A stretch of 64,000 nt of DNA from Thermoanaerobaculia bacterium (GCA_038245905.1 JBBRRY010000010.1:24325-88324); one strand, 5' to 3'; counted from the stretch's first letter, positions 30,675 through 40,514 are shown. Program-made: numbers and translations. Notes: generated from the sequence alone by a model not told the origin.

Positions 30675-32423
30675 GTGCTCGCGCCTGTTGAAGAGAAGTA
30701 CTACCAGGACTTTCTAGCGGTCCTCAGCCAAAAATGGCGACCGTCGAAGGCGGCGTTCTACACGCTCGATCCGGCGCAATCGGTTTTTCGCCTGAAGGCG
30801 CAGTTTGGCTTCAGCCGGACAGACCGCCTCGCCGAGCGGCTCGGCCGCAACGACACGGTCGTCAATTACATCTACGAGCACCGCGAGCCGACGTTCCTCA
30901 ACAACGTGAACGCGGCGGGAAAGCTGACGGACCTGATGGTCCAGGGCACGTCCACGCGCATGCTCCTCGCGCCCCTCTATCTCGACGGCCGGATCATGGG
31001 GCTCGTCGACGTTCGCGAGAAGGCCGGCCGCATGGGCTTCACGCAGGACGACGTCATCGAGATTTCGGATCTCCTGCGGCGGTTCGCCATCGAGCTGCGC
31101 CGCATCGCGGACGCCCGCGGCGGATCCGCCATCTTTCCTTCCGACCCGGCTCCTCAGATCGAACGGCCCCTCGACCACGCGCCCACGGTGACGGCGCTCC
31201 CCTCTTCTCTGGAACGCACGTCGGGGTTTTCCACGGCTCAGCTCAGCACGTCGACGTCGGGCCTCTTCCGGCGAGCCGGCTCCGTGCCGGTCGAGCCCGA
31301 GGCCGAGAGCGGCAATCAGCTGCCGAATTCGGTGGCGCGTGCGCTCCGGCTCGTCGAAGACACACTCGCGCGCAGCTCGCCCCCGAAGGCCACCGCGGCC
31401 GCGGGCGGAGGGCTGACGCCGCGCGAAGCAGAGTTCATCGGCCTCTACCTTCCCACCTGTCTCAGCTACGAGGAGGTCGAGATCGCCGCCGTGTCTTCCT
31501 TCGTGCCGGGAGGCGCGACGATCACGATCGCCGCGCGGCGCCCTCTCGACCTCGACATCGCGCCGGCTCTCCTCGAAAATCTCGAGAAGATCTTCGCGAA
31601 GACGGCCGTGCCGTTTTCATTCGCGCCCGATCCTTCCTGGCGGTCGCTCGAGGTGGCGCATGCCGAAGCGCCCCCCTTGCGCCGGTCCGAGATCGTTTCC
31701 ATCCAGTCGAGCGTCCTCGACAGCTCGGCCGAAGGCGTCGTCCTGTTCTCGCTGCTCTTCCGCCACGGCCCGAACCCCGAGGTCCGCGAAGCCCTCCGCG
31801 CGGCGCATGTCGTTCTCCGCAACGTCCTCGCAGGCAACCGCAGCGAGGCCCGCTTTCGCGAGGCGTATCGCGGACTCGTCAACAAGATTCTCGAGCCGGG
31901 CCTTCAGAAGCGCTCGGCGCTCAAGACGCACTGTTTCAACGTCGGGCGCATGGCGCGGAAGCTGGCCGCGCAGCTCGGGGTTCCGCCGATGGAGGTCGAG
32001 CAGATCACGGTGGCCGGCATCCTGCACGATGTCGGCATGCGCGAGCTCAACTACGACACACTCTACGCGAAGCGCTCCCTGACCGACGAAGAGCTGGCCC
32101 TTCTCCGCCAGCATCCACGCGTCGGAGCCTACCTCGTCGAGGACATCCCGTGGCCCTACCCGGTCGCTCCGCTCATCAAGCATCACCATGAACGGTGGGA
32201 CGGTGGCGGTTATCCCGACGGGATCCGGGGCGACGAAATTCCGCTCGGCTCGCGCATCATCCACCTGTGCGAAGCGTTCGACGCCATGACGTCACCGACC
32301 TCGTATCGTTCCGTGCTGGCGGACTATCAGGCCATCGACATCCTCGAGTCGAAGGCCGGCACGCAGTTCGACCCCGAGCTCACGCCGGAGTTCAAACGGA
32401 TGGTCGAGGAAGCTTCGGACTGA
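30675..32423 (+). CDS. GAF-like + HD-GYP domain protein (cyclic dinucleotide phosphodiesterase-like)
   Basis: GGAGG RBS then GTG at 30675; LHDVG, HP..GA, HHHERWDGGGYP, IPLGSRII, DAMTS...Y, GTQFDP. Confidence 0.85.
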   Translation: MLAPVEEKYYQDFLAVLSQKWRPSKAAFYTLDPAQSVFRLKAQFGFSRTDRLAERLGRNDTVVNYIYEHREPTFLNNVNAAGKLTDLMVQGTSTRMLLAPLYLDGRIMGLVDVREKAGRMGFTQDDVIEISDLLRRFAIELRRIADARGGSAIFPSDPAPQIERPLDHAPTVTALPSSLERTSGFSTAQLSTSTSGLFRRAGSVPVEPEAESGNQLPNSVARALRLVEDTLARSSPPKATAAAGGGLTPREAEFIGLYLPTCLSYEEVEIAAVSSFVPGGATITIAARRPLDLDIAPALLENLEKIFAKTAVPFSFAPDPSWRSLEVAHAEAPPLRRSEIVSIQSSVLDSSAEGVVLFSLLFRHGPNPEVREALRAAHVVLRNVLAGNRSEARFREAYRGLVNKILEPGLQKRSALKTHCFNVGRMARKLAAQLGVPPMEVEQITVAGILHDVGMRELNYDTLYAKRSLTDEELALLRQHPRVGAYLVEDIPWPYPVAPLIKHHHERWDGGGYPDGIRGDEIPLGSRIIHLCEAFDAMTSPTSYRSVLADYQAIDILESKAGTQFDPELTPEFKRMVEEASD

Positions 32424-32457
32424 GCCGGGACTCCGCGTGAAATCCCGCATCGAGAGG

Positions 32458-32955
32458 ATGGGCGAGAAGGCCGACGCGCGCCTCGCGCTCAAGAACGCGG
32501 GGCATCGCCCCGTCGCGTCGAACCGGCGCGCCTTCCACGAGTACAACATCGAGGAGAAGCTGGAGGCCGGCGTCTCGCTCACCGGCCCCGAGGTCAAGTC
32601 CCTGCGCGAGGGCAAGGCCAGCCTCCAGGACGGCTACGTGGCGGTGACGGGCGGCGAGGCCTGGCTGTGGAACGTCCACATTCCTCCTTACGGGGCGGCC
32701 AGCTACAACAACGTCGACGCGAAGCGAAACCGCAAGCTCCTGCTTCACAAGCGTGAGATCCTCCGTCTCGCGACGAAGATCAAGCGGTCGGGCGCGACCT
32801 GCGTGCCCCTGAACCTCTACTTCAAGGGCGCGCGCGTCAAAGTCGAGATCGCGCTCGTGACCGGCAAGAAGCTTCACGACAAGCGCGAAACGATCCGGCG
32901 CCGCGAGGCCGACCGCGAAGCTCGATCCGAGATGAAGTCCGCGCGGCGGCGGTAG
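32458..32955 (+). CDS. smpB: SsrA-binding protein
   Basis: NRRAFHEY, EAGVSLTGPEVKSLR, RKLLLHKREI, GKKLHDKRE. Confidence 0.96.
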   Translation: MGEKADARLALKNAGHRPVASNRRAFHEYNIEEKLEAGVSLTGPEVKSLREGKASLQDGYVAVTGGEAWLWNVHIPPYGAASYNNVDAKRNRKLLLHKREILRLATKIKRSGATCVPLNLYFKGARVKVEIALVTGKKLHDKRETIRRREADREARSEMKSARRR

Positions 32956-33009
32956 ACGGAGATGCGCGGGGAGCGGGCTCTCGAGCAGCCTTCCCGTTCG
33001 CCTCGTGCG

Positions 33010-34929
33010 ATGTCGACCCGACTTCCGAACCTCGACCTCGGCGATCTCGGCGCCCTCACCCTCGCCCTCTTCTACGCGGTTGTTTTCAGCGTCCTGTCGC
33101 TGCTCCGTCACGCTGCATTCCACACGCACACGTTCGACCTCGGCCTTCACCATCAGGCAACGTGGAACACCCTTCACGGGCGGTTATTCCAGTACACCCT
33201 TCTCTCGACCGAGAGCCACGACCTGCCGATCCTTCTCGGCGACCACATCAACCTCATCCTCCTTCTCGCGCTCCCGTTCTACCGGCTTTTCGAGGGTGCC
33301 GGGACACTGCTCGTCCTCCAGGCCCTTGTCGTGGGTAGCGCGGCGTTCCCCCTCTTCCGGGTCGCCCGCCAGGTGACGGGCGGTATGGCGGCGGCGCTGC
33401 TCCTCGTCGTCGCTTATCTTCTCAACCCGGCGCTTCACGCCGCGAACCTCTACGACTTCCACTCGATCGTCCTTGGGGCGGCGTTCCTCGTGTGGGCTCT
33501 CTTCCGGGCGCAGGCGGGCGGCACCTGGAGCCTCGCCCTCGCCGTGGCACTCGCCCTTTGCTGTCAGGAGAACGTCGCGCTCGCCGTGGTCGGTCTCGGC
33601 ATCAGCGTCTTTCTCCTGGGGCGGCGTCGCGCGGGCGTCGCCGTCGCCGCAGCCGGCGTCGCGTGGTTTGCTCTCTGCTTCTACGTTCTCCTCCCGCACT
33701 TCAATCCGGGAGTGGGCTCGAACGCCTTCTCCCGCTATCGCGAATTCGGCGCCACCCCCGGCGCCGTCGTGCTCGGCCTCCTTCGCGACCCGTCCCGCCT
33801 CCTGTCGCGCCTCCTCGAGCCCGGGACGCGCGACTGGCTCCTGTCGATGTTCGCGCCTTTCGGTTTCGTCCCGCTTCTGGCACCGCAAATCCTCGTTGTC
33901 GGAGCGAGCGAGCTGTTTCTCAACCTGATCTCGTCCTTCCCGTTCCAGCGAACGATCGACTTCCAGTACACGGCCATTCCCGTGGCCGCGGCGGCGCTGG
34001 CGGCGCCGTGGGGAACAAGAGCGATCGCGCGCCGCATCGGCTCCCGGCTCCGCCTCGATTCCCGGATGGCTGCGGCAGTCGTCGCCGGGCTCATCCTCGT
34101 ATGCACGATCGGATTTCAGGTCGCCCGCTGGAACACCCTCCGGATCCTCGCGGATCCCTACCGGGCGTCTTACCGGGTGACGGACCACCACAGGATGGCG
34201 CCCCGTTTTCTGGGCGCGGTCCCGCCGGGGGCGACCGTCTCGGCCCAGGATGCCATCGTGCCGCACCTGAACCGTTCCGCGATCTGGTGCTTCCCGCAGG
34301 TGCGGAACGCCGACGTCGTCCTTCTCGATCTTTCGGGAGGGATCTTCCCCGTTTCCCTCTTCCCGCTTCGTGGACAGTCCCCCGAAGCCAGCTACTACGA
34401 GTACGTTCAGCGCCTTCTCGCCCATGGGGCCTATCGGATCGAGGACGCGACCGACGGATGGCTTCGCCTCTCCCGTGCGCGCGGACTCCTTCCGGCTGAT
34501 GCCATCCGTCCCGGCGCGGACGGCGGCCCTCCTCCCGTCCTCTTCCGCGCGGCAGTGCATATCGTCGAGGCCCCGTTTCTCGTGCCGGCCTCCTCGCGCA
34601 TGCCGCTCGTCGTCGAGATCGAAAATCTCTCCGAGGCGGTCTTCTTCTCCCGTGCAGAAGCACCCGACGCCTACGCCACGGGCGTGTCGGCGTATTGGAT
34701 CGACCCGGCCACCGGCACCGGCGACGACCTGGGGGAACGCCTCTGGCTTCCGGCACGCGTCGAGGCCGGAGCGCGCGCGACGATTCGGGGCGAGTTGACG
34801 ACGCCAGCCGAGCCGGGGATCTGGCTTCTCTATCTCGACGTCGTCACGGATCGCGTGGCCCGCTTCAGTGCGAACGGCTCGCCGACCGCCTCGATTCCGG
34901 TGACGGTCACACCCGCCTCGGCGCCGTGA
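33010..34929 (+). CDS. DUF2079-like membrane protein (GT-C fold candidate) with C-terminal Ig-like domain
   Basis: FDLGLHHQ, GDH, YDFH, CQEN, FQY motifs and many TMs; C-terminal V.IEN...W...LP..V..G...TP.EPG.W.L..D.V. Confidence 0.7.
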   Translation: MSTRLPNLDLGDLGALTLALFYAVVFSVLSLLRHAAFHTHTFDLGLHHQATWNTLHGRLFQYTLLSTESHDLPILLGDHINLILLLALPFYRLFEGAGTLLVLQALVVGSAAFPLFRVARQVTGGMAAALLLVVAYLLNPALHAANLYDFHSIVLGAAFLVWALFRAQAGGTWSLALAVALALCCQENVALAVVGLGISVFLLGRRRAGVAVAAAGVAWFALCFYVLLPHFNPGVGSNAFSRYREFGATPGAVVLGLLRDPSRLLSRLLEPGTRDWLLSMFAPFGFVPLLAPQILVVGASELFLNLISSFPFQRTIDFQYTAIPVAAAALAAPWGTRAIARRIGSRLRLDSRMAAAVVAGLILVCTIGFQVARWNTLRILADPYRASYRVTDHHRMAPRFLGAVPPGATVSAQDAIVPHLNRSAIWCFPQVRNADVVLLDLSGGIFPVSLFPLRGQSPEASYYEYVQRLLAHGAYRIEDATDGWLRLSRARGLLPADAIRPGADGGPPPVLFRAAVHIVEAPFLVPASSRMPLVVEIENLSEAVFFSRAEAPDAYATGVSAYWIDPATGTGDDLGERLWLPARVEAGARATIRGELTTPAEPGIWLLYLDVVTDRVARFSANGSPTASIPVTVTPASAP

Positions 34930-34942
34930 TCTTCCTGACGAG

Positions 34943-35079
34943 GCGCACGAACCAGTTCACGACGCAATAGCGGGAGGGGCGCATCTGGGCGCGCGGCTCG
35001 TAGATGTTCGAGAGCCGCAGCATCGTTCCGCTGATCCCGTGGACGTGGCCGTACATCTCGACCATCTTCGCGGCGGCGA
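34943..35079 (-). pseudogene. Internal fragment of an NAD-dependent epimerase (relic paralog of 41023-42015)
   Basis: Encodes AAAKMVEMYGHVHGISGTMLRLSNIYEPRAQMRPSRYCVVNWFVRL versus AAAKIVEMYGHLHGVRGTMLRLSNIYGPRAQMRHSRYGVVNWFARL in the intact gene; the DNA also aligns with ~41398-41534. Confidence 0.85.
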
Positions 35080-35133
35080 TGACCACCCGGCGTGTTCTTG
35101 TGCGCTGACGGCCCCTTCTTGAGCTGAACGCTC

Positions 35134-35148
35134 CGACAGATTCTGTCG
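35134..35148. promoter_or_regulatory. Palindrome CGACAGA-T-TCTGTCG (putative regulator site; related copy at 42085-42100)
   Basis: Perfect 7-bp arms in intergenic DNA; TCCGACGGTTTCTGTC lies at the equivalent position upstream of the intact epimerase. Confidence 0.45.
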
Positions 35149-35336
35149 ATTCTCCCTGGGCGGGGAGCCACTTTGTTGTGGATGAGAACTCAATACAGGG
35201 CGCTTTTCGCCCCCGGCCTGACCGGACGCCGTGACCGCGGACACCAAAGAGCGGTTTGACGCGTGAGGTTGGCGCACTTAGAGACGGAGCCGGGTGGTTT
35301 CCGGGCGCGGGCACCGGTCCGGCAGCAAATGTGAAT

Positions 35337-37046
35337 ATGAACCGGGCATTTTTGCGGTTTAGGGGCCGAGGTCTCGCGGCGGCTGGGGTCGTGCTGGCGG
35401 CTCTCGTGGGCGCCAGTCCTGGTCGCGCGACGACCTACCTCCCGATCACGGACGCGGACCTCATCCGGCGTTCGTCCGTTGTCGTGCGGGGTGCCGTCGA
35501 GTCCGTGCACGTCGAGGAGGGGCTGGCCGGCTTCGTCACCGTCTATCGCTTTCGCGTCGAGGAGACATGGAAGGGCGGATCGGCGCCGGAGATCGAGGTC
35601 CTCGTCCGGGGCGGGTCGAACGGAACGCGGGGGACGGCGGTCTGGGGAATGCCGGAGTTCCGGCCCGGCGACGAGGAGGTCCTCTTTCTCAACGCCGGCC
35701 GCGACGGACGCTTCCGTGTCAGCGAGCTGATGCTCGGCGCTTTCGAGGTCGTCGAGGACGCAGCAGGGAAGCGCTTTGCGATGCGGACGCGTCTCGCGCT
35801 CGGCGACGTCGGATACGCGCGCGTCGCGCGTGAGGACGGCGAGCCTTCCGACGAGGCCGAGCCTGTTCGTGAACTCGCTGCGTTCCGCGCGGTCGTCCGC
35901 GAGCCAGCGTCGTACGCGGCGCGCGCGCGGCTCGCCGCGGCAAGCCACTCCGTGGCGGGAACGCTACTCCCGCGTACGAGCGGGCGGCGCACCCCGAACT
36001 GGGTCCTCGTCAATCCGCCGAATCAGTCGCGCTTCAACTGGAGCCCGGGAGGGCAAGCCACGGCTTCCGTCGGCTACACGCCAGGCGGACAAGCGAACCT
36101 GAGCGACGGGTCCGCGGGGATTTCGCACATCGCAACGGCCGTGAGCTCGTGGGTGGGTGTGACGGGCGCGAACATCCGACTCGCGGCGCCCACGGCCGGA
36201 ACGTCCGGCGTGACGATCGTCGTCAACCTGAATGTCGCGGCCGACCCGTACGGCTTCTGGACGACCCCCTTCTGCGGCGGAGGCGTCCTCGGCGTCGCGA
36301 GCTCGCACTATTCCGGAACGCACACCTGGGCGGGCGGGACGTGGTTCAGTTCGGTCTCGGGAGGCGTCTGGATCCGCGCCTACTCGTGCCCGACGAACGT
36401 GTCGTACTACGCGAACGTCCTCCCGCACGAGCTCGGGCACGTTCTCGGCTTCGGCCATTCCGACATGGCGGTCGACGTGCGGGACGCGAACAGGGCCAAC
36501 AACTGCCTTGCGACCATGAAGTCCTGTCTAGGTCCGTGCGGTCAGGCCCCGTGCAACTTGGTCGACAACGTCAGGATCCCGTTCACGCTCGGGGCCGACG
36601 ACATGGAGGTCGCGCGCTTCGTCTATCAGGCGGCGAACCCGCCGCCCCCTCCACCTCCGGCCGTTTCCGCCGCGACGGGATTCAACGCCGTCGCTCCCTG
36701 CCGCGTGCTCGACACGCGCAACGCCGCGGGCCCGCTAGGCGGGCCGCAGATTCTCGCGAGCGGCTCGCGTTCGTTCGTCGTGACGGAAGTCTGTGGCGTG
36801 CCTCCGGGCGCCGTCGCGATCTCGGCGAACGTCACGGCGGTCAACCCCGCGGTGACCGGAGACCTTCTCGTCTACCCGAACGGCATCGCGTCCCCGCCGA
36901 CGGCCTCCACGATCAGCCTCCGGGCCGGCCGCACGCGCGCGAACAACGCGCTCGTCTACCTTGCGCCGGACGGCAGCGTGATCGTCAAGAACGGCTCCGC
37001 GGGAACGCTGGACCTCGTCCTCGACGTGAACGGATACTTCCAGTGA
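35337..37046 (+). CDS. Secreted metzincin (matrixin/M10-like) with shared C-terminal domain
   Basis: Signal peptide, HELGHVLGFGHSD zinc motif, Met-turn ATMKS, poly-Pro linker, PCRVLDTR...DVNGYFQ. Confidence 0.85.
   Translation: MNRAFLRFRGRGLAAAGVVLAALVGASPGRATTYLPITDADLIRRSSVVVRGAVESVHVEEGLAGFVTVYRFRVEETWKGGSAPEIEVLVRGGSNGTRGTAVWGMPEFRPGDEEVLFLNAGRDGRFRVSELMLGAFEVVEDAAGKRFAMRTRLALGDVGYARVAREDGEPSDEAEPVRELAAFRAVVREPASYAARARLAAASHSVAGTLLPRTSGRRTPNWVLVNPPNQSRFNWSPGGQATASVGYTPGGQANLSDGSAGISHIATAVSSWVGVTGANIRLAAPTAGTSGVTIVVNLNVAADPYGFWTTPFCGGGVLGVASSHYSGTHTWAGGTWFSSVSGGVWIRAYSCPTNVSYYANVLPHELGHVLGFGHSDMAVDVRDANRANNCLATMKSCLGPCGQAPCNLVDNVRIPFTLGADDMEVARFVYQAANPPPPPPPAVSAATGFNAVAPCRVLDTRNAAGPLGGPQILASGSRSFVVTEVCGVPPGAVAISANVTAVNPAVTGDLLVYPNGIASPPTASTISLRAGRTRANNALVYLAPDGSVIVKNGSAGTLDLVLDVNGYFQ
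36681..37046 (+). repeat. Shared C-terminal domain copy 1 (DNA closely similar to 38756-39121)
   Basis: Long identical runs, e.g. CCCTGCCGCGTGCTCGACACGCGCAACGC and ATCAGCCTCCGGGCCGGCCGCACGCGCGCGAACA, in both copies. Confidence 0.85.
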
Positions 37047-37054
37047 ACGTGACC

Positions 37055-39121
37055 ATGACTCGACGGGCGGCAGGCGTTTTCTTCGCGGTGGCGCTCGTTC
37101 TCCGTGCGCCCGTCGCGGCCGAGCGCCCGGCCGACCGCCTTGTCGCCACGAGACCGGGGCCGCTCTACGGCACCGCGGACGGGGGCGAGGCCGAGCTTCT
37201 CGCGTTCGACATGCGTCTTGCTCCAGCCCTCTCGTCGCTGTCCGCGGGAGAACGCCTCGCCGTCGACGCGTGGCCCGTCGCGCCCGGCGTTTTGCGCACG
37301 ATGATCCTGACGCGGACCGAGGTCTATGCGCCAGACGCGAAGATCGTCGCGATCGGGAAGAGCGGCGAGGTCGAGGTCCCGCGCTCGACGTGGGTCTTCT
37401 TCCAGGGCCGCGACGTCAACGGCTCGGCCCGCGTTGCCGTCGCGCTCGACCCCGCCACGGGTGCGATGCGGGGGCTCGCAAGCTCCGAGCGCGGGCTCCA
37501 CGAGCTGCTCCCGCCCGACGCGTGGACCGGCGGCCGACACCGGCTCGCGGCTCCCGAGACGCGGGATGCCGACGGAACGCCGAGAACGTGGAGATGCGCG
37601 GAGGAAGACCTTCCCCTTGCTCCTTCCACTCCGTCGGGGCCGACGGCGGACGGGGGACCGGGACGCGAGTCCCTCGCCGCCCGGACGCCTCTCGCGGTGT
37701 TCTCGAAGTACGCCGTCGTCGCGATCGACACGGACAACGAATTTATGGGGACAAAATTTTCCGACAACACGACGAACGCGACGAACTACATCGCGAACCT
37801 CTTCAACCTGATGAACATCATCTACGAGCGCGACGTCTCGCTCCATCTCCTCCAGGGCTACACGATCCTGCGCCTCTCGACCGTGACGGACCCGTATGTA
37901 CAGAACTCCGGCAGCAACGCGAACGTCTCCGAGCTGAGCGAGTTCGCGAGCTACTGGGGTGCCCATTACGGCGGCGTGAAGCGAATGCTCGCCGCGTTCC
38001 TCTCGGGCAAACAGCCGACGACAAACGCGGCCTCCGGCATCGCGTACATCGGCACGCTCTGCAACACCGGATTCGGGTACAGCTTCAGCAAGATTCTGAG
38101 AAACCCCGGGGATAGCTCCTCGTTTGACGTCCTGATCACGGCGCACGAGATCGGCCACAATTTCGGCTCGCCGCACACACACTGCTATTCGCCCCCGGCC
38201 GATTCGTGTGTCTCGACGCCCAACCCTACGTCTTGCTACAATGGCGCAACTTCCTGCCCGGCGCCCTTGGTGATCAATGGGTTCACCGCGACGGGCACCC
38301 TCATGAGCTACTGCCACCTGAGCTGCGGTGGCTCGACACTCGCCTTCCATGCGCGTTCGTTGAGCGAGTACCTGAACGGGAACATTCTTTCGGCATCAAC
38401 CGGGGCGTCTGCGTGCATCTTTGCAGGTTCCGTCGTTCCGGCAGGCCCAACCGTCTCCGGCATCGTCCCCGCAATAGGCTCGACGACCGGCGGGACCTCC
38501 GTCACGATCAACGGCACGGGGTTCGTGTCTGGCGCGACGGCGGCGTTCATCGACGTCACGGGCTCCGTCTCCCTGACCTCCGTCGCCTTCGTGAACGCGG
38601 GCCAGCTCACGGCCGCGACGCCCGCGCACGGCGCCGGCGCCATGGACGTCGTCGTCTTCAACCCCGACAACTCCACGGCGACGCTGCGGAGCGGTTTCAC
38701 CTACACCGGCGTCGGCGGGCCGCCGCCTCCGCCGCCCGTCTCGGCTGCGACCGGCTTCAACGTGATCACGCCCTGCCGCGTGCTCGACACGCGCAACGCG
38801 GCGGGGCCGCTCGGCGGGCCGTCGATCGGGGCCGGCGGCCTACGCTCGTTCGTCGTGACCGGCGTCTGCGGGGTTCCGTCGGGCGCCGTCGCGATCTCCG
38901 CGAACGTCACGGCGGTCAGCCCGGCGGCGGCCGGAGACCTCCTCGTCTACCCGAATGGCATCGCGGTCCCGCCGACCGCCTCGACAATCAGCCTCCGGGC
39001 CGGCCGCACGCGCGCGAACAGCACGCTCGTCTACCTGGCGTCCGATGGCAGCTTCCTCGTCAAGAACAACTCGGCGAGCGCGCTCGATTTCCTCGTCGAC
39101 GTGAATGGCTATTTTCAATAG
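37055..39121 (+). CDS. Secreted M12B/reprolysin-like metalloprotease + IPT/TIG + shared C-terminal domain
   Basis: Signal peptide, pro-region Cys (WRCAEED), AIDTDNEF, GIAYIGTLC, HEIGHNFGSPHTH, TLMSY; IPT PTVSGIVP..GSTTGGTSVTINGTGF; PCRVLDTR...DVNGYFQ. Confidence 0.87.
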   Translation: MTRRAAGVFFAVALVLRAPVAAERPADRLVATRPGPLYGTADGGEAELLAFDMRLAPALSSLSAGERLAVDAWPVAPGVLRTMILTRTEVYAPDAKIVAIGKSGEVEVPRSTWVFFQGRDVNGSARVAVALDPATGAMRGLASSERGLHELLPPDAWTGGRHRLAAPETRDADGTPRTWRCAEEDLPLAPSTPSGPTADGGPGRESLAARTPLAVFSKYAVVAIDTDNEFMGTKFSDNTTNATNYIANLFNLMNIIYERDVSLHLLQGYTILRLSTVTDPYVQNSGSNANVSELSEFASYWGAHYGGVKRMLAAFLSGKQPTTNAASGIAYIGTLCNTGFGYSFSKILRNPGDSSSFDVLITAHEIGHNFGSPHTHCYSPPADSCVSTPNPTSCYNGATSCPAPLVINGFTATGTLMSYCHLSCGGSTLAFHARSLSEYLNGNILSASTGASACIFAGSVVPAGPTVSGIVPAIGSTTGGTSVTINGTGFVSGATAAFIDVTGSVSLTSVAFVNAGQLTAATPAHGAGAMDVVVFNPDNSTATLRSGFTYTGVGGPPPPPPVSAATGFNVITPCRVLDTRNAAGPLGGPSIGAGGLRSFVVTGVCGVPSGAVAISANVTAVSPAAAGDLLVYPNGIAVPPTASTISLRAGRTRANSTLVYLASDGSFLVKNNSASALDFLVDVNGYFQ
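38756..39121 (+). repeat. Shared C-terminal domain copy 2
   Basis: See copy 1; the proteins share PCRVLDTRNAAGPLGGP and PPTASTISLRAGRTRAN. Confidence 0.85.
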
Positions 39122-39131
39122 GGGAGTCGCC

Positions 39132-40514
39132 GTGCGAGGGACTCTCGTCCTCGCCGGACTCGTTCTCGCGGGCGCCGTGCGCGGCCAGGCCGTGCAGGGC
39201 GGCCCGCTTCCCGGTCCACTTCCGCTCTTCCCGCCGGACAACTGGTGGAACGCGGACGCGAGCATGGCGCCTGTGGACGCGAACAGCGCCGCGTTCATCG
39301 CATGGATCGGCGCGACGAAGGGGATGCATCCGGATTTCGGCGGCAACTCCGCGCCCGCTCCGGAGATCTACGGCATGCCGTACGTCGTCGTGCCCGGTAC
39401 GCAGCCCCTCGAGCCGATGGCGTTCGACTACGCGTCCGAGAGCGACGCCGGCGCGCCGGGCAGGCCTCCAGGCTATCCGATCCCGGCCGAGGCGAAGACC
39501 CAGAGCCACTGGATCGAAGGCGGGTACGCCGGCAACTGCGACTCCTCGACGCCGCCGTGCCGGGGCGACAAACACATGCTGATCGTCGACGCGGACCACC
39601 GGCTCCTCTTCGAGACATGGAACACGCGCTGTGTGCCCCCGGGCTCGGCGTCGTGCACGTGGCGTGCGGGCTCCGGCGCCGTGTTCTCGCTCGACTCGAA
39701 CGCCCGCCGCCCGGACGGCTGGACGAGCGCCGACGCCGCGGGGCTCGCGACCCTGCCCGGCCTCGTCCGCTACGACGACGTCGCGGGGGCTGGGCCGATC
39801 CGTCACGCGTTCCGCGTCACGCTCCGCGGCTCGAACGGATACGTGTATCCGGCCTCCCACGTCGCGGGTTCGAACGCGAGCGCCCCGCCTCTGGGAGCGC
39901 GGCTCAGGCTGAAGGCGGCGAAGGACATCTCGACGTTTCCCGCCGACGCGCAGAAGATGTTCCAGGCTATGAAGACGTACGGGCTCATCGTGGCCGACAA
40001 CGGTTCGGACCTCTACGTCCAGGGCACGTACGACACGCGCTGGAACAACGGCGTTCTCAACCCGGCGTTCTCGGCGATCCACGCGAGCGACTTCGAGATC
40101 GTTCAGCTCGGTTGGCGGCCGTCCGCAGCCCCGGTCGCCACGAGCCTTCGCGTACTCCCGCCCTGCCGGGTCGTCGACACGCGGCGCGCGCAGGGGCCGC
40201 TCGGTGGGCCGGCGATTCCCGCGAGCGGCGTCCGCACGTTCGCGTTCGCGGGCGTGTGCGGCGTGCCCCCGACGGCGGTCTCGATCTCCGCGAACGTGAC
40301 GGTCGTCGCACCGGCCGCATCCGGCGACGCGATCGTGTACCCGGCCGACGTCGGCCAGCCCGGGGCCTCGACCATCAGCTTCACCGTCGGGCGCACGCGC
40401 GCGAACAACACCCAGATCCTCCTGTCGAAGGACGGCATGGAAAGTGCCTCGTTCAGGAGCAACGCCGCTGGGGCGCTCGATCTGGTGATCGACGTCAATG
40501 GTTACTACGAATGA
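39132..40514 (+). CDS. Secreted uncharacterised protein with shared C-terminal domain
   Basis: GGGGAG RBS and GTG; signal peptide; FPPDNWWN...ESD...IEGG...DKH...GWTSADAAGL...PGLVRYD...HA.R...YGLIVADNGS; PCRVVDTR...DVNGYYE. Confidence 0.8.
   Translation: MRGTLVLAGLVLAGAVRGQAVQGGPLPGPLPLFPPDNWWNADASMAPVDANSAAFIAWIGATKGMHPDFGGNSAPAPEIYGMPYVVVPGTQPLEPMAFDYASESDAGAPGRPPGYPIPAEAKTQSHWIEGGYAGNCDSSTPPCRGDKHMLIVDADHRLLFETWNTRCVPPGSASCTWRAGSGAVFSLDSNARRPDGWTSADAAGLATLPGLVRYDDVAGAGPIRHAFRVTLRGSNGYVYPASHVAGSNASAPPLGARLRLKAAKDISTFPADAQKMFQAMKTYGLIVADNGSDLYVQGTYDTRWNNGVLNPAFSAIHASDFEIVQLGWRPSAAPVATSLRVLPPCRVVDTRRAQGPLGGPAIPASGVRTFAFAGVCGVPPTAVSISANVTVVAPAASGDAIVYPADVGQPGASTISFTVGRTRANNTQILLSKDGMESASFRSNAAGALDLVIDVNGYYE

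Noticed and set aside
37000-37046. Terminal GYFQ as a BAM beta-signal (autotransporter barrel)
   Set aside because: The domain is only ~120 aa with a Cys pair, too small for an autotransporter barrel, and the aromatic residue is penultimate; an oligomeric barrel is not excluded but is unsupported.
36681-39121. Diversity-generating retroelement template/variable repeat pair
   Set aside because: Both copies are coding, differences are mostly synonymous and not adenine-specific, and no reverse transcriptase is present.
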